A stretch of 64,000 bases of DNA, from positions 65,259-129,258 of the forward strand of contig JBAZKO010000001.1 in NCBI GenBank assembly GCA_041650775.1, in the 5' to 3' direction. Numbering within the stretch: the first letter of the stretch is position 1; each line of letters starts with the position of its first letter. Source of the stretch: Patescibacteria group bacterium. Its GTDB lineage: Bacteria; Patescibacteriota; Patescibacteriia; Patescibacteriales; UBA12465. This document shows positions 39,098 through 49,118 of this stretch, piece by piece. The notes under the pieces were generated by a model. That model did not search any database. It had not been told where the DNA came from and saw only the letters and a program-made list of their open reading frames with translations. The translations under genes were made by a program, and so were the position numbers.

Positions 39098-41788
39098 TTA
39101 TAACTCCGGCGCTTTTTCAACCTCCACTTCCGCGTGACCGTTGATGATAACCGTATCGCGGCGTTTCAAATCGCCGGCTAAAATTTTATTGGCAATCTTG
39201 TCTTCAATCTTATCCTGAAGTAAGCGCCTGAGTGGTCGGGCGCCGAATTTCGGATCATAACCTTCGTGCGCCAGAAGCGTCACGCCTTCCTTATCGGCTT
39301 TCAGACTAATTCCCTTGTCCGCCAAACTTTTCTTGATTTTTTTCAGCATCAGGGTGGTAATCGCGAAAAGATCTTCTTCGCTCAGCGGCTTAAAGACAAT
39401 AATACCGTCGAAACGGTTGATAAGTTCCGGCCGCATGTATTTATTAAGCTGATTGTCTATTAACTCCTGCTTAATAATATTGACGGCGGTTTGGGCGCGA
39501 ATTTGTTCCTGAATATAAACAGCGCCAATATTGGAAGTGGCGATGATTATCGATTCGGAAAAGCTGATGGTCCGACCTTGGCCGTCGGTCAGGCGGCCGT
39601 CGTCCAAAAGCTGTAAAAATAAATTTAAAATATCCGGATTGGCTTTTTCGATTTCATCGAGCAAAACTAAAGCGAAGGGTTTTTTTCGCACCGCTTCCGT
39701 CAGATAGCCGAGCGTCCCGTCCGAATCGCCGATCATTTTCCGCACGCTGTCCGGCGATTGATATTCACTCATATCCAGACGCACCAGATAATCCTCGTCG
39801 CCGAAATAAACTTCACTGACCGATTTCGCCAACTCCGTTTTACCGACACCGGTCGGTCCTAAAAATAAAAAGCTGGCGATCGGCCTTTTACTGTCCTTCA
39901 ATTCGGCGCGCGCGCGGCGCAAGCTGGCCGCCACAGCGCTGACCGCCTCTTTCTGGTCGACCAGGCGTTTATGGATTTCCGTTTCCAGATTTAATAATTT
40001 CTGGCTTTCCGAAACTGTCACTTTGCTGACCGGAATGCCGGTCAGTTGGCTGACGGCCGCGGCGACCTCCTCTCGGCCGCAAAAAAATTTAGCCGGATCA
40101 TTCTTAAAATTATTGGAAGCGACCAGAGCCGCTTTCTCCAGTAAATCAATCGCTTTCAAGGGCAAAAATTTATCGTGCAAATAGCGCGACGACATGATGA
40201 CTGCCTGTTCCAAAGCGCCGTAAACCAAATAAATCCCATACTTCGACTCCAAAAGCCCGACTTTGCTTTCCAGAATCTGAATCGCCTCGTTGACCTCCGG
40301 TTCTTTAACGCCGATAGTCGTCAAAACGTTACCAATCGCTTTATTCTCAATATAATGAGTATAATTTTCCGTGGTCGCCGAAGCCAGACAATATAGATTC
40401 TTCCGCCCGATAGCTTCGGACAAGATTTCCGAAAGATCCAAACTCTCCCGACTGCCGGCGCTGATTCCGATTATATTCTCAATATTGTCCAAATATAAAA
40501 TAATGTTTTCTGAACGACTGATTTCGTTTAAGCTAGTCAGCAGGCGTTCCTGCGCTTCGCTCGCGTCGGCGCCAGCAACCAGACGGGAAATGTCCAATTC
40601 CACTAAACGTTTGTCTTTTAAAAAAGGCGGCACGTTTTCTTCCACCATCAGCTGTGCCAAACCGTCGATAATCGCGCTTTTGCCAACGCCAACCGGTCCA
40701 ACCAGAAGAACACCATTATGCCCGCCGGAAAAAGCCTCGAAAATACTGGCTATTTCTTTTTGCCGACCGACGCAGATATCCAGCGCGCCGCTCTTCGCTC
40801 GGATAGTTAAATCATGAGAAAAATGATCCAAGGTCGGAGTAGCAATCGCGGTATAAGCGCGGTTCATGTTGTTCCCCGGCTTGAGGATCGCCAAACGACG
40901 ATAATCACGATAATTTTCTAACAAAAGACGATTGATCCGGAACCAAGCGACCGTGTTAATAATCTTATCCCGATCAATTTCTAATTCGTAAAGGATTTCC
41001 GCCAGATGCGGATCATGATCATAACAAAATGAAACAATATTTAAAAGATCAACGCTGTTCTGATGTCTTTGATAAGCGTCGACAAAAGCCGAAACCAAAA
41101 CCTCCTGCAAAGCTGGAGACAATTCCGGCGACTTCTGACTTTCGACGTCCTGCGGACCGACCAGATGGCGGTCGATTAGTTCGACTAGCCGCTTGGCATC
41201 CACATTCAAACGGATGAATATGTTTTGAACTTCTTTGGTTTTCAACAGAACCCGAAAAAGATGAATAGCTTCCACCCGTTCCTGACGCAATTTATTGGCT
41301 AAGAGGTAAGCGTCCTCCACGGCGCGACTGGCATCACGCGAATAAGCGGCGGCGACATTGTATTTTTTCCGGCCACGACGGTTATTTTTTTTCTCAGCGC
41401 CAAAAAGACGAAAATTAATCTTCCTAGCCGAAGCCCGGATTTCACTGTTTTTATAAATCAAGAATAAATCAAACCATAAGGACAGTAAAAAAACTAAAAT
41501 TAACGGATCGAATTTTTTCCAAAAAAATAGAAGCTGAAACGGATTAGCCGCCAACATCACCTGATGCCGAAAAAGCCAAAAGCCAAAAGCCGCCCAACCG
41601 GCGAAAATTATAAACCAGGTAAGAAAAATCAAAAGCCGGTCGATTTTTTCTTTGATTCTTTCCAGATTGACCAGCGAGCGCTTCAGTTTCTTCCCCCAAA
41701 ATAAAAACCGGCCGGAAAACCAGGCGCCGCGGCCGCCCTGATCCTGCTCTTCGGTAAAAATTATTTTTTCTGATAACGCTTCAGCCAT
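39098..41788 (-). CDS. Membrane-anchored Clp/Hsp100-like AAA+ ATPase, divergent
   Basis: Two N-terminal TMs, Clp-N-like domain, D1 GPVGVGKS/LYLDN, D2 [23 protein letters not shown]. Confidence 0.85.
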   Translation of the reverse strand: MAEALSEKIIFTEEQDQGGRGAWFSGRFLFWGKKLKRSLVNLERIKEKIDRLLIFLTWFIIFAGWAAFGFWLFRHQVMLAANPFQLLFFWKKFDPLILVFLLSLWFDLFLIYKNSEIRASARKINFRLFGAEKKNNRRGRKKYNVAAAYSRDASRAVEDAYLLANKLRQERVEAIHLFRVLLKTKEVQNIFIRLNVDAKRLVELIDRHLVGPQDVESQKSPELSPALQEVLVSAFVDAYQRHQNSVDLLNIVSFCYDHDPHLAEILYELEIDRDKIINTVAWFRINRLLLENYRDYRRLAILKPGNNMNRAYTAIATPTLDHFSHDLTIRAKSGALDICVGRQKEIASIFEAFSGGHNGVLLVGPVGVGKSAIIDGLAQLMVEENVPPFLKDKRLVELDISRLVAGADASEAQERLLTSLNEISRSENIILYLDNIENIIGISAGSRESLDLSEILSEAIGRKNLYCLASATTENYTHYIENKAIGNVLTTIGVKEPEVNEAIQILESKVGLLESKYGIYLVYGALEQAVIMSSRYLHDKFLPLKAIDLLEKAALVASNNFKNDPAKFFCGREEVAAAVSQLTGIPVSKVTVSESQKLLNLETEIHKRLVDQKEAVSAVAASLRRARAELKDSKRPIASFLFLGPTGVGKTELAKSVSEVYFGDEDYLVRLDMSEYQSPDSVRKMIGDSDGTLGYLTEAVRKKPFALVLLDEIEKANPDILNLFLQLLDDGRLTDGQGRTISFSESIIIATSNIGAVYIQEQIRAQTAVNIIKQELIDNQLNKYMRPELINRFDGIIVFKPLSEEDLFAITTLMLKKIKKSLADKGISLKADKEGVTLLAHEGYDPKFGARPLRRLLQDKIEDKIANKILAGDLKRRDTVIINGHAEVEVEKAPEL

Positions 41789-41813
41789 ATTGATACGGTC
41801 TGGCCGTTAAAAT

Positions 41814-42182
41814 TTATTTTAAAAATTGGAAAGACAAAGCCAGCAACAATCCTAGAGGAAAAGCCAACCAAGCGGCCAGAAGGAATAAAAGAATCATCAG
41901 CCAAAAGACCAAAATCACGCCGCGAAAAATTATTTGCACCAGACGCATCAGGAAACTGATAATCCGGCTGGCAATATCGCGCTGGCCGTACATTGGCACG
42001 AAAATATTCTTCAACCAGATACCGAAACCCAGAGATTTTTCCCGGTCGCGCCAGAATCGCCAGACACCCTTCAGCAGACGCCCGAAACCGACACTGTACC
42101 ACCAGATTGGGAAATACAAAATTTCTCCTAAAATCTGGATAATAATCTTACCGGAATAGGTTAAAAAATTATGATTAAGCAT
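41814..42182 (-). CDS. Small membrane protein preceding the Clp-like ATPase
   Basis: YFPIWWYS.G and NIFVPMYGQ; ATG at 42182 chosen, 7 nt after TGTTATAAT. Confidence 0.75.
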   Translation of the reverse strand: MLNHNFLTYSGKIIIQILGEILYFPIWWYSVGFGRLLKGVWRFWRDREKSLGFGIWLKNIFVPMYGQRDIASRIISFLMRLVQIIFRGVILVFWLMILLFLLAAWLAFPLGLLLALSFQFLK

Positions 42183-42216
42183 TAAAGCTATTATAACATA
42201 AAAGTCCAAATAAAAA

Positions 42217-42237
42217 ACAGCCCACTTAGCGGGCTGT
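42217..42237 (-). terminator. Intrinsic terminator
   Basis: ACAGCCC-ACTTAGC-GGGCTGT with a U-tract on the minus strand. Confidence 0.7.
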
Positions 42238-42283
42238 CGGGAATTTAATATTTTCAATTGATAATTTATGGTCGGCCAGATTT

Positions 42284-43078
42284 CTATCTTAATTCCCTCT
42301 GATTTTGGGAAATAGAAACGCAGACATCTTTAAAACAACCATCTTCTGATTCCTGATTATGAGTCCAACCTGAAGAACCAAAGAAACCGAAATGATGATA
42401 GACCCCTTCCATAATACAGACGGCGCGATGAAACCATTTTTCGACGATTCTTTCTCCGGTCAAAATAAAAATAGTCATCGCCACTTCAGTCAAAACATGA
42501 GCGTTAGTTCTCTCGAAATCTTGACCGAACTTAGTTTTAATCGCTTCCGTTTGTTGCTGATAATCAAAATTAGAAAATAATCCTTTAAAATTTATCAGAT
42601 AATAACCAGCCAGAGGAAGATGCTCAGGCCATAGACAACCGCGCGAATGTAAATTATTAGACATTTCCTTAAAGTAAGGCTGATTCTTCCTATTTATTAT
42701 ACTTACATAATGATAGTACAAATCGGATGCTGATCGGCCGCTATAGTAAACCAGCCGCCAATCCTCGCCAGCTATCTCGTTACGGCGAGCGACAAGTTTT
42801 AAATCTGTCACCGAATATTTAATCGGCGATTTTTGTTGTTGCACATTCCAAGCCAAATTAAAATTGGCAACTGTTAATACCCGGCGATAACCCAGGATCT
42901 TCTTGGCTTGAGAGAGACTGCTCAACCCAAAGACGCCATCGGAAAACTGACCGGGATCATCTAAATAATCCTGAAAATTTTCCGAAGTAACCTGTCTTAA
43001 TTCAACTTTTTTCCAGAATTCTTGCCATTGGCCAGCCGTAATTGACGACCGGTCGGAAACAATTACTTTTTTACTCAT
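42284..43078 (-). CDS. Hypothetical protein
   Basis: 264-aa AT-rich ORF with upstream TTGACA, boxA-like motif and downstream terminator. Confidence 0.75.
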   Translation of the reverse strand: MSKKVIVSDRSSITAGQWQEFWKKVELRQVTSENFQDYLDDPGQFSDGVFGLSSLSQAKKILGYRRVLTVANFNLAWNVQQQKSPIKYSVTDLKLVARRNEIAGEDWRLVYYSGRSASDLYYHYVSIINRKNQPYFKEMSNNLHSRGCLWPEHLPLAGYYLINFKGLFSNFDYQQQTEAIKTKFGQDFERTNAHVLTEVAMTIFILTGERIVEKWFHRAVCIMEGVYHHFGFFGSSGWTHNQESEDGCFKDVCVSISQNQRELR

Positions 43079-43167
43079 AACCGTTAATTTAAATTGTTAA
43101 AAAACTATCTGAAAACGCCAAACTTGACGTCAACTTATACTGCCATATAATAAATATATTGTCAATA

Positions 43168-43196
43168 TTTACATGGTCTATATATTATATTATGAT
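43168..43196 (+). promoter_or_regulatory. sigma70 promoter of clpB
   Basis: TTTACA, 17 nt, TATGAT. Confidence 0.65.
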
Positions 43197-43200
43197 TAGA

Positions 43201-43227
43201 TTAGCACTCTCTTAATAAGAGTGCTAA
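43201..43227. promoter_or_regulatory. CIRCE element (HrcA operator)
   Basis: Perfect TTAGCACTC-N9-GAGTGCTAA just downstream of the -10. Confidence 0.95.
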
Positions 43228-43270
43228 AAGTTAAATATTTATAAATATTTCTTAAAATTAAAATACTCCT

Positions 43271-45910
43271 ATGTTCAATAAATTCACGGATAAATCACAA
43301 GAAGTCATCATTAACGCCCAAATAATCGCCTCCGCTTACGGCCAGGCGAATATCGAAGCTTTGCATATCCTGCTCGCGCTCCTGCAACAAAACGAAAGCT
43401 TAATTAAGCCGGTTCTGGAAAAGATGAAAATTGATCCGGATCGGATTGAGGACCAAACAATCAAAGCAATTCAAAAACTGCCGCGCGTCAAAACCAATCC
43501 GAACAGTGGACCGGTTCAGGCCGTTTCCGGCACGGCGGAAACCGCTCTGGTTTTAGAGCGGGCGCAAAAGGAAGCGGACGGCATGAACGATGAATTTATT
43601 TCCACCGAACATATCCTTCTGGCGCTCATCGGCGTGCCTTCGCCCGCGCAAAGCGTGCTTCTGTCTTTCAAAGTGGAATACCAAAACGTCAGAAATATTC
43701 TCAAAGAATTGCGCGGCAATCAGACGATCAACGATCCCTTCCCAGAGAATAAATATAAAGTGCTGGAAAAATATACGACGAACTTGACCGAACTCGCTCG
43801 ACAGGAGAAACTTGACCCGGTCGTAGGACGCGATCAGGAAATCCGCCGCATCATGCAGGTCTTATTGCGCCGCACAAAAAATAATCCGGTTTTAATCGGC
43901 GAAGCCGGTACCGGTAAGACGGCCATTGTCGAGGGCTTGGCTCAACGCATTATCAGCGGCGATGTCCCGGAAAATCTAAAGAATAAAGAAATCGTCACAT
44001 TGGATCTCAGCGCGCTGGTCGCCGGCGCGAAATTCCGCGGTGAATTCGAAGATCGCCTGAAAGCGGTTCTGAAAGAAGTTAAATCGCAAAACGGTCGCAT
44101 AATCCTATTCATTGACGAGCTTCATACCCTAATCGGCGCCGGCGCTTCCGAAGGCTCCATGGACGCTTCTAATATGTTAAAGCCCGCTCTGGCGCGCGGC
44201 GAGCTGCGGACCATCGGCGCCACCACGACTAAAGAATATCAAAAATATATCGAAAAAGATTCGGCTCTGGAACGCCGCTTCCAGCCAATCATAGTAAACG
44301 AACCGAGCGTCGATGATACGGTCAGTATGTTACGTGGTCTGAAGGAAAAATATGAAGTCCATCATGGCGTTCGCATAACCGATAACGCGCTCATCGCCGC
44401 CGCGAAGTTATCTCACCGCTATATCAGCGACCGTTTTCTGCCGGACAAAGCCGTAGATCTGATTGACGAAGCGACTTCTTCCCTACGTATGGAAATCGAT
44501 TCCATGCCTGATGAGTTAGACCAGCTAAAGCGCCGAATCAATCAGTTAGAACTGAACAAAGCCGGACTGACGACGACCGACAAAAAATCACCGAAACTGC
44601 GAGTACTGAACGCTGAATTGGCCAAATCAAGAGAAAAGTCCGACCAACTGGAGCTACATTGGAATAATGAAAAAAATATCATTTCACAAATCCGCGCGTC
44701 CAAGAAAGAAATGGAGGATTTAAAAATAAAAGCGGAAATTTCCCAGCGTCAAGGCGCCGATCTGACCGAGGTGGCTAAAATCAGATATAGTTTGCTTCCC
44801 GAACTGGAGAAAAAAATCCAAAACCTGCAGACGGAACTCTTGAAAATACAAAAAAAAGGCCAGCGGATTCTCAAAGAAGAGGTGGATGAAGAAGATATCG
44901 CTAAAGTCGTGGCGCGTTGGACCGGCATTCCGGTTAATAAGATGCTTCAGGATGAAATCAAAAGACTGAGCGAAGCCGAGGCCGAACTGGCCGAGGAAGT
45001 CATCGGTCAAGAAGAAGCGATTAAAGCGGTCGCCAGCGCTTTACGCCGCAGTCGCGCCGGCATCAATGAAGAAAAAAAACCAATCGGCTCCTTTTTGTTC
45101 GTCGGCCCGACCGGCGTCGGAAAAACCGAACTGGCGAAAACCTTGGCGCGCTTTATGTTCGATGACGAAAAAGCACTTATTCGTCTGGATATGAGCGAAT
45201 TCATGGAGAAACACAGCGTCGCTAAATTAATCGGCTCGCCTCCCGGCTATATCGGCTACGACGAAGGCGGGCAACTGACCGATAAAATCCGCCGCCATCC
45301 TTATTCCGTCGTTCTTTTCGACGAAATCGAGAAAGCTCATCCCGACATGTTCAATATGCTACTGCAGATTCTGGACGACGGCCGCCTGACCGATTCCAAA
45401 GGACGCGTCGTTAACTTCAAAAACACCATCGTCATTATGACCTCCAATCTGGGCAATGAAATCATCAAACAATATTCTATCGGCTTCGCCGACGCGGGTG
45501 ATAAAGCGCAGGCGACCAAAATGCGTACCGCCGAAATGAAAGAAAAAATCGATAAGATTTTAAAAAATCATTTCAAGCTGGAATTTTTAAACCGCATCGA
45601 TGAGATAGTCCTGTTCCAGAGTCTGACGCCGGAAGCACTGGAAAAAATCGTCGATCTGGAACTTAAAAAAGTAGAAAAAAGATTAGGTAATAAAAATATT
45701 GCCGTCAAGGTCAGTCCGAAAGTCAAGAAACTTCTGGCGGAAAAAGGCTATGATATCGCTTACGGCGCCCGTCCTTTAAAGCGCATCATTCAAACCATGA
45801 TTCTGGACGAACTGGCTTCGGAAATTATCGCGGGAAAAATCAATGACGGAGATAAAATTCGCATCGATTTGAACGATAAAGAAACGGTTGTACTGAAAAT
45901 AAACGGCTAA
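43271..45910 (+). CDS. clpB: ClpB-type chaperone (long middle domain) carrying an IGF loop
   Basis: [34 protein letters not shown], coiled-coil middle domain, [15 protein letters not shown]. Confidence 0.9.
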   Translation: MFNKFTDKSQEVIINAQIIASAYGQANIEALHILLALLQQNESLIKPVLEKMKIDPDRIEDQTIKAIQKLPRVKTNPNSGPVQAVSGTAETALVLERAQKEADGMNDEFISTEHILLALIGVPSPAQSVLLSFKVEYQNVRNILKELRGNQTINDPFPENKYKVLEKYTTNLTELARQEKLDPVVGRDQEIRRIMQVLLRRTKNNPVLIGEAGTGKTAIVEGLAQRIISGDVPENLKNKEIVTLDLSALVAGAKFRGEFEDRLKAVLKEVKSQNGRIILFIDELHTLIGAGASEGSMDASNMLKPALARGELRTIGATTTKEYQKYIEKDSALERRFQPIIVNEPSVDDTVSMLRGLKEKYEVHHGVRITDNALIAAAKLSHRYISDRFLPDKAVDLIDEATSSLRMEIDSMPDELDQLKRRINQLELNKAGLTTTDKKSPKLRVLNAELAKSREKSDQLELHWNNEKNIISQIRASKKEMEDLKIKAEISQRQGADLTEVAKIRYSLLPELEKKIQNLQTELLKIQKKGQRILKEEVDEEDIAKVVARWTGIPVNKMLQDEIKRLSEAEAELAEEVIGQEEAIKAVASALRRSRAGINEEKKPIGSFLFVGPTGVGKTELAKTLARFMFDDEKALIRLDMSEFMEKHSVAKLIGSPPGYIGYDEGGQLTDKIRRHPYSVVLFDEIEKAHPDMFNMLLQILDDGRLTDSKGRVVNFKNTIVIMTSNLGNEIIKQYSIGFADAGDKAQATKMRTAEMKEKIDKILKNHFKLEFLNRIDEIVLFQSLTPEALEKIVDLELKKVEKRLGNKNIAVKVSPKVKKLLAEKGYDIAYGARPLKRIIQTMILDELASEIIAGKINDGDKIRIDLNDKETVVLKING

Positions 45911-45920
45911 AAATAACGAT

Positions 45921-45959
45921 AAAATTAAAAAAACCCTAAAAACGGGCTTTTTTAATTTT
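45921..45959 (+). terminator. Terminator after clpB
   Basis: AAAATTAAAAAAACCC-loop-GGGCTTTTTTAATTTT. Confidence 0.6.
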
Positions 45960-45999
45960 CCTTTGTCACAAATTGAAAATTATATTATAATGTTGGCAT

Positions 46000-47484
46000 A
46001 TGAAAAATCACAAAATTACAATTTCTCTCTGGGCAGTTTGCCTGGCTCTGGCGGTTCTGGCGCTACCGGCTATTTCCCGGGCGCAAGTTGAAATCGATCC
46101 TGATTTTAATCCGCACCGGATATTGGAGGATAGCGAACTGCTGAATTATAACGCCATGAGTCTAGCGGACATTCAAAATTTTTTGCAAGCTAAGGGTAGT
46201 TTTTTAGCCAGCTACACGACCATAGACACTTACGGCAATCAAAAAACGGCGGCGGAAATAATTTACAACGCGACCCACAATAATTACGACTGCGATAACG
46301 CGGATCTGAGCGATGAACCGACGGAAACGGAAAAATCCTTAAAATGTCGACATATCACGACAGTCAACCCAAAATTTATTCTGGTTCTCCTGCAAAAGGA
46401 ATCAAGCCTGATCGAAGACAGCAGTCCGAGCCAAAGTAATTTGGATTGGGCGACCGGCTACGGCTGTCCGGATAACTGGGTCTGCAACCCTTACTATAAA
46501 GGTTTCGGCAAACAGGTTAATAGCGCCGCCCTTCAGTTTTACGCTTACATGACCGAACCGAACCGCTATAATTACAAAGCCGGCCAAACTTACACCATCA
46601 GCAACACCATTCAGCCCTACTGCGTCGATTCCAACCAGATAATGTCGGTTACTCCACAAAATCTGGCTACCGCCGGTCTATACAATTATACACCCCATGT
46701 TTTTAACGGAAATTACAATGTTTATAAGCTCTGGAATAGATATTTTCCTAAAGTTTCTCGGCTCTATCCCGACAGTTCAATTATCAAAGCCATGGGCGAC
46801 CCGCAAATCTGGTTGATAGAGAACGGCAAAAAAAGACATTTCGCCAATTGGTCGGCGTTCATTTCCCGTTTCCATCCGGAACAAATAGTCGAAGTTAACA
46901 GCGCCGATCTGGATAATTATCCTAACGGCGAAGAAATCAAATTCGCCAATTATTCCTTAGTCCGGACACCGGATAAAAAAACTTATCTGCTGGTCGATAA
47001 AGAAAAACGCCCCTTTGCCAGCGACGCGGTATTCAAAAAAATCGGTTTCAACCCCGAAGAAGTGGAAAAAGCGACGTCGGAAGATTTGGTCGGCTATTCT
47101 CTGGGGAAAACCATAACCGCCACCTCGACTTATGTTACCGGCGCTTTATTGCAGGATAGCAAAACCGGCGATGTCTTCTATGTCGAAAACGGCATCAAGG
47201 CGCCGGTTGATAAAATCCTGCTGAAAACAAAATTCGCCGAACAAAAAATAATCAAAAAAACCACTAAAGAATTAAAAGTTTACGCCACCAGCACACCGAT
47301 TTTGCTGAATGAAGGCACATTGGTCAAAACGGAAAATTTCCCGCTGGTTTACCTGATTTCCGACGGCAAAAAACGACCCATAGACGACGCTACTTTCCTT
47401 AAACTTGGCTATAATCCTAAAAATGTCATTACAGTTTCTTCGCAATTCTTATACAACTACGATGCCGGCGAAGCGGTCAAATAA
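46000..47484 (+). CDS. Secreted protein: putative lysozyme-like domain plus about 4 C-terminal repeats
   Basis: Signal peptide; NPKFILVLLQKESSL, ATGYGCPD, LYNYTPH; repeats like G.L(V/I)K....VYLI.DGKKRP. Confidence 0.75.
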   Translation: MKNHKITISLWAVCLALAVLALPAISRAQVEIDPDFNPHRILEDSELLNYNAMSLADIQNFLQAKGSFLASYTTIDTYGNQKTAAEIIYNATHNNYDCDNADLSDEPTETEKSLKCRHITTVNPKFILVLLQKESSLIEDSSPSQSNLDWATGYGCPDNWVCNPYYKGFGKQVNSAALQFYAYMTEPNRYNYKAGQTYTISNTIQPYCVDSNQIMSVTPQNLATAGLYNYTPHVFNGNYNVYKLWNRYFPKVSRLYPDSSIIKAMGDPQIWLIENGKKRHFANWSAFISRFHPEQIVEVNSADLDNYPNGEEIKFANYSLVRTPDKKTYLLVDKEKRPFASDAVFKKIGFNPEEVEKATSEDLVGYSLGKTITATSTYVTGALLQDSKTGDVFYVENGIKAPVDKILLKTKFAEQKIIKKTTKELKVYATSTPILLNEGTLVKTENFPLVYLISDGKKRPIDDATFLKLGYNPKNVITVSSQFLYNYDAGEAVK

Positions 47485-47514
47485 GCGATAGATTATCTAT
47501 ATACCTCAAAAATT

Positions 47515-48318
47515 ATGGCTTTAACCAATATCGCTTTGCTTCCTCATTCGCCGCTACTAATACCGGAAATTGGCCGGGCTAATTATAAATTCTTAGAAAA
47601 AACCGCGGCCGCCTATGAACAGATTGAGAACAGTTTAAAAGCCGCCGCCGTCAATACCGTTATCCTGATAAGTCCTCACGGCTCTTCCCAGGCCGATTCT
47701 TTTACGCTGAATGTCGCGCCGGAAATGGAAGTAAATCTTAAAGAATTCGGCTTTATCCCGCCGAGAACCGTCTTTAATGGCGACGCGCTTCTGGCCGATC
47801 AGATAAAAACTGCTTTGCGCCCCGGCTTCCCGCTCCGCTTGATTTCCGAACCATTTCTCGACCATGGCAGTTCCGTCCCTTTGTATCTTTTAAAAACTTT
47901 GGCGGCAGATTTCAAGATAGTAATCATTTCACCAGCAGAGAATTTAAATCTGGAAGAGCAACTGCGTTTCGGCCAAAAATTACAAAGCGTGATTGCCGCC
48001 AGCGATAAAAACATCGCGGTTATCGCTTCCGGCGATCTATCGCATCGGCTTAAAAAAAAATCGCCGGGCGGCTATTCTCCCAAGGGCGCCAAATTCGACA
48101 ATAAACTGATTGAATATCTGAATGAACCGTCGATTGCGACAACTGCTATTTTAAAAATAGAAGAAAAGATGATTAAGGACGCGGGCGAATGCGGTTTAAA
48201 GCCGATCTTAATTCTCTTAGGCGTTCTATCCGATCAACTTTGGCAATCGCAGGTTCTCGCCTACCAAACCGATTTCGGCGTCGGTTATCTAAGCATGGAG
48301 TTTAAAATTAAAAATTGA
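47515..48318 (+). CDS. LigB/Memo-like (class III extradiol dioxygenase fold) protein
   Basis: PHSP, ISPH, LDHG, ASGDLSH, AGECG. Confidence 0.85.
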   Translation: MALTNIALLPHSPLLIPEIGRANYKFLEKTAAAYEQIENSLKAAAVNTVILISPHGSSQADSFTLNVAPEMEVNLKEFGFIPPRTVFNGDALLADQIKTALRPGFPLRLISEPFLDHGSSVPLYLLKTLAADFKIVIISPAENLNLEEQLRFGQKLQSVIAASDKNIAVIASGDLSHRLKKKSPGGYSPKGAKFDNKLIEYLNEPSIATTAILKIEEKMIKDAGECGLKPILILLGVLSDQLWQSQVLAYQTDFGVGYLSMEFKIKN

Positions 48319-48335
48319 GTAAATAAACACAGATT

Positions 48336-48632
48336 ATGACCGCTGACAGTTTCACCTCATTCTCCGATATCATAAAAAATAAAAAAACTATCAAGCCGCC
48401 CGCTTATCCCTGGCAAGATTTAGCTTTGCGCGTCATCGCGGAATTAGGCGTCCCCGGTTTTAAGCGCAACTCCGTCTTCAAAGCCTGCAAAGAAAAACCG
48501 GGCTACCAGATTGAGACGGCTTTAAACGATACTAAGGAATTATGTAAAAGCGGCGCCAAATGGAAATATTTTTTCAAAATAATAGATCAAAACCAGCCGG
48601 AAACGGCCAAATCCGCGACCGCGGACAACTAA
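48336..48632 (+). CDS. Hypothetical protein
   Basis: Tightly packed in the operon upstream of def; PAYPWQDLALR...DTKEL. Confidence 0.7.
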   Translation: MTADSFTSFSDIIKNKKTIKPPAYPWQDLALRVIAELGVPGFKRNSVFKACKEKPGYQIETALNDTKELCKSGAKWKYFFKIIDQNQPETAKSATADN

Positions 48633-48638
48633 AAGAAT

Positions 48639-49118
48639 ATGCCTCAGGAACTAAAAATAATCACTAATCCTAATCCGATTCTACGAAAAAAATCCGTGGC
48701 GATCGATCCAGAAAAGATAAACGTCCCCGAACTAAAGGAGATGCTTCTTGATATGGCGGAAACGATGCTAAAAAAAGACGGTGCTGGTTTGGCCGCGCCG
48801 CAAATCGGCCGGAACATCCGCGCCATCGTTGTCCATCACAACAACAAAACTTTATTCTTAATCAATCCTCAGATAACCAAAAGATCCTGGGCGCGGGAAA
48901 TCGAAGAGGAGGGTTGCCTCTCGGTCTTAAACGACCAAGGTGAAATCATCTACGCGCCGGTGGAAAGATTCAAAAAAATAAATTGCGTTTACCTAGACGA
49001 AAAAGGACGGAACAAAAAAATAAGCGCCGAAAAAATTCTGGCGCGCGTTATCCAGCACGAAATCGATCATCTGGACGGAATTTTGTTTATTGATAAAATC
49101 GTCAAAACAAAAAATTAA
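48639..49118 (+). CDS. def: Peptide deformylase
   Basis: GAGLAAPQIG, EGCLS, QHEIDHLDG. Confidence 0.96.
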   Translation: MPQELKIITNPNPILRKKSVAIDPEKINVPELKEMLLDMAETMLKKDGAGLAAPQIGRNIRAIVVHHNNKTLFLINPQITKRSWAREIEEEGCLSVLNDQGEIIYAPVERFKKINCVYLDEKGRNKKISAEKILARVIQHEIDHLDGILFIDKIVKTKN

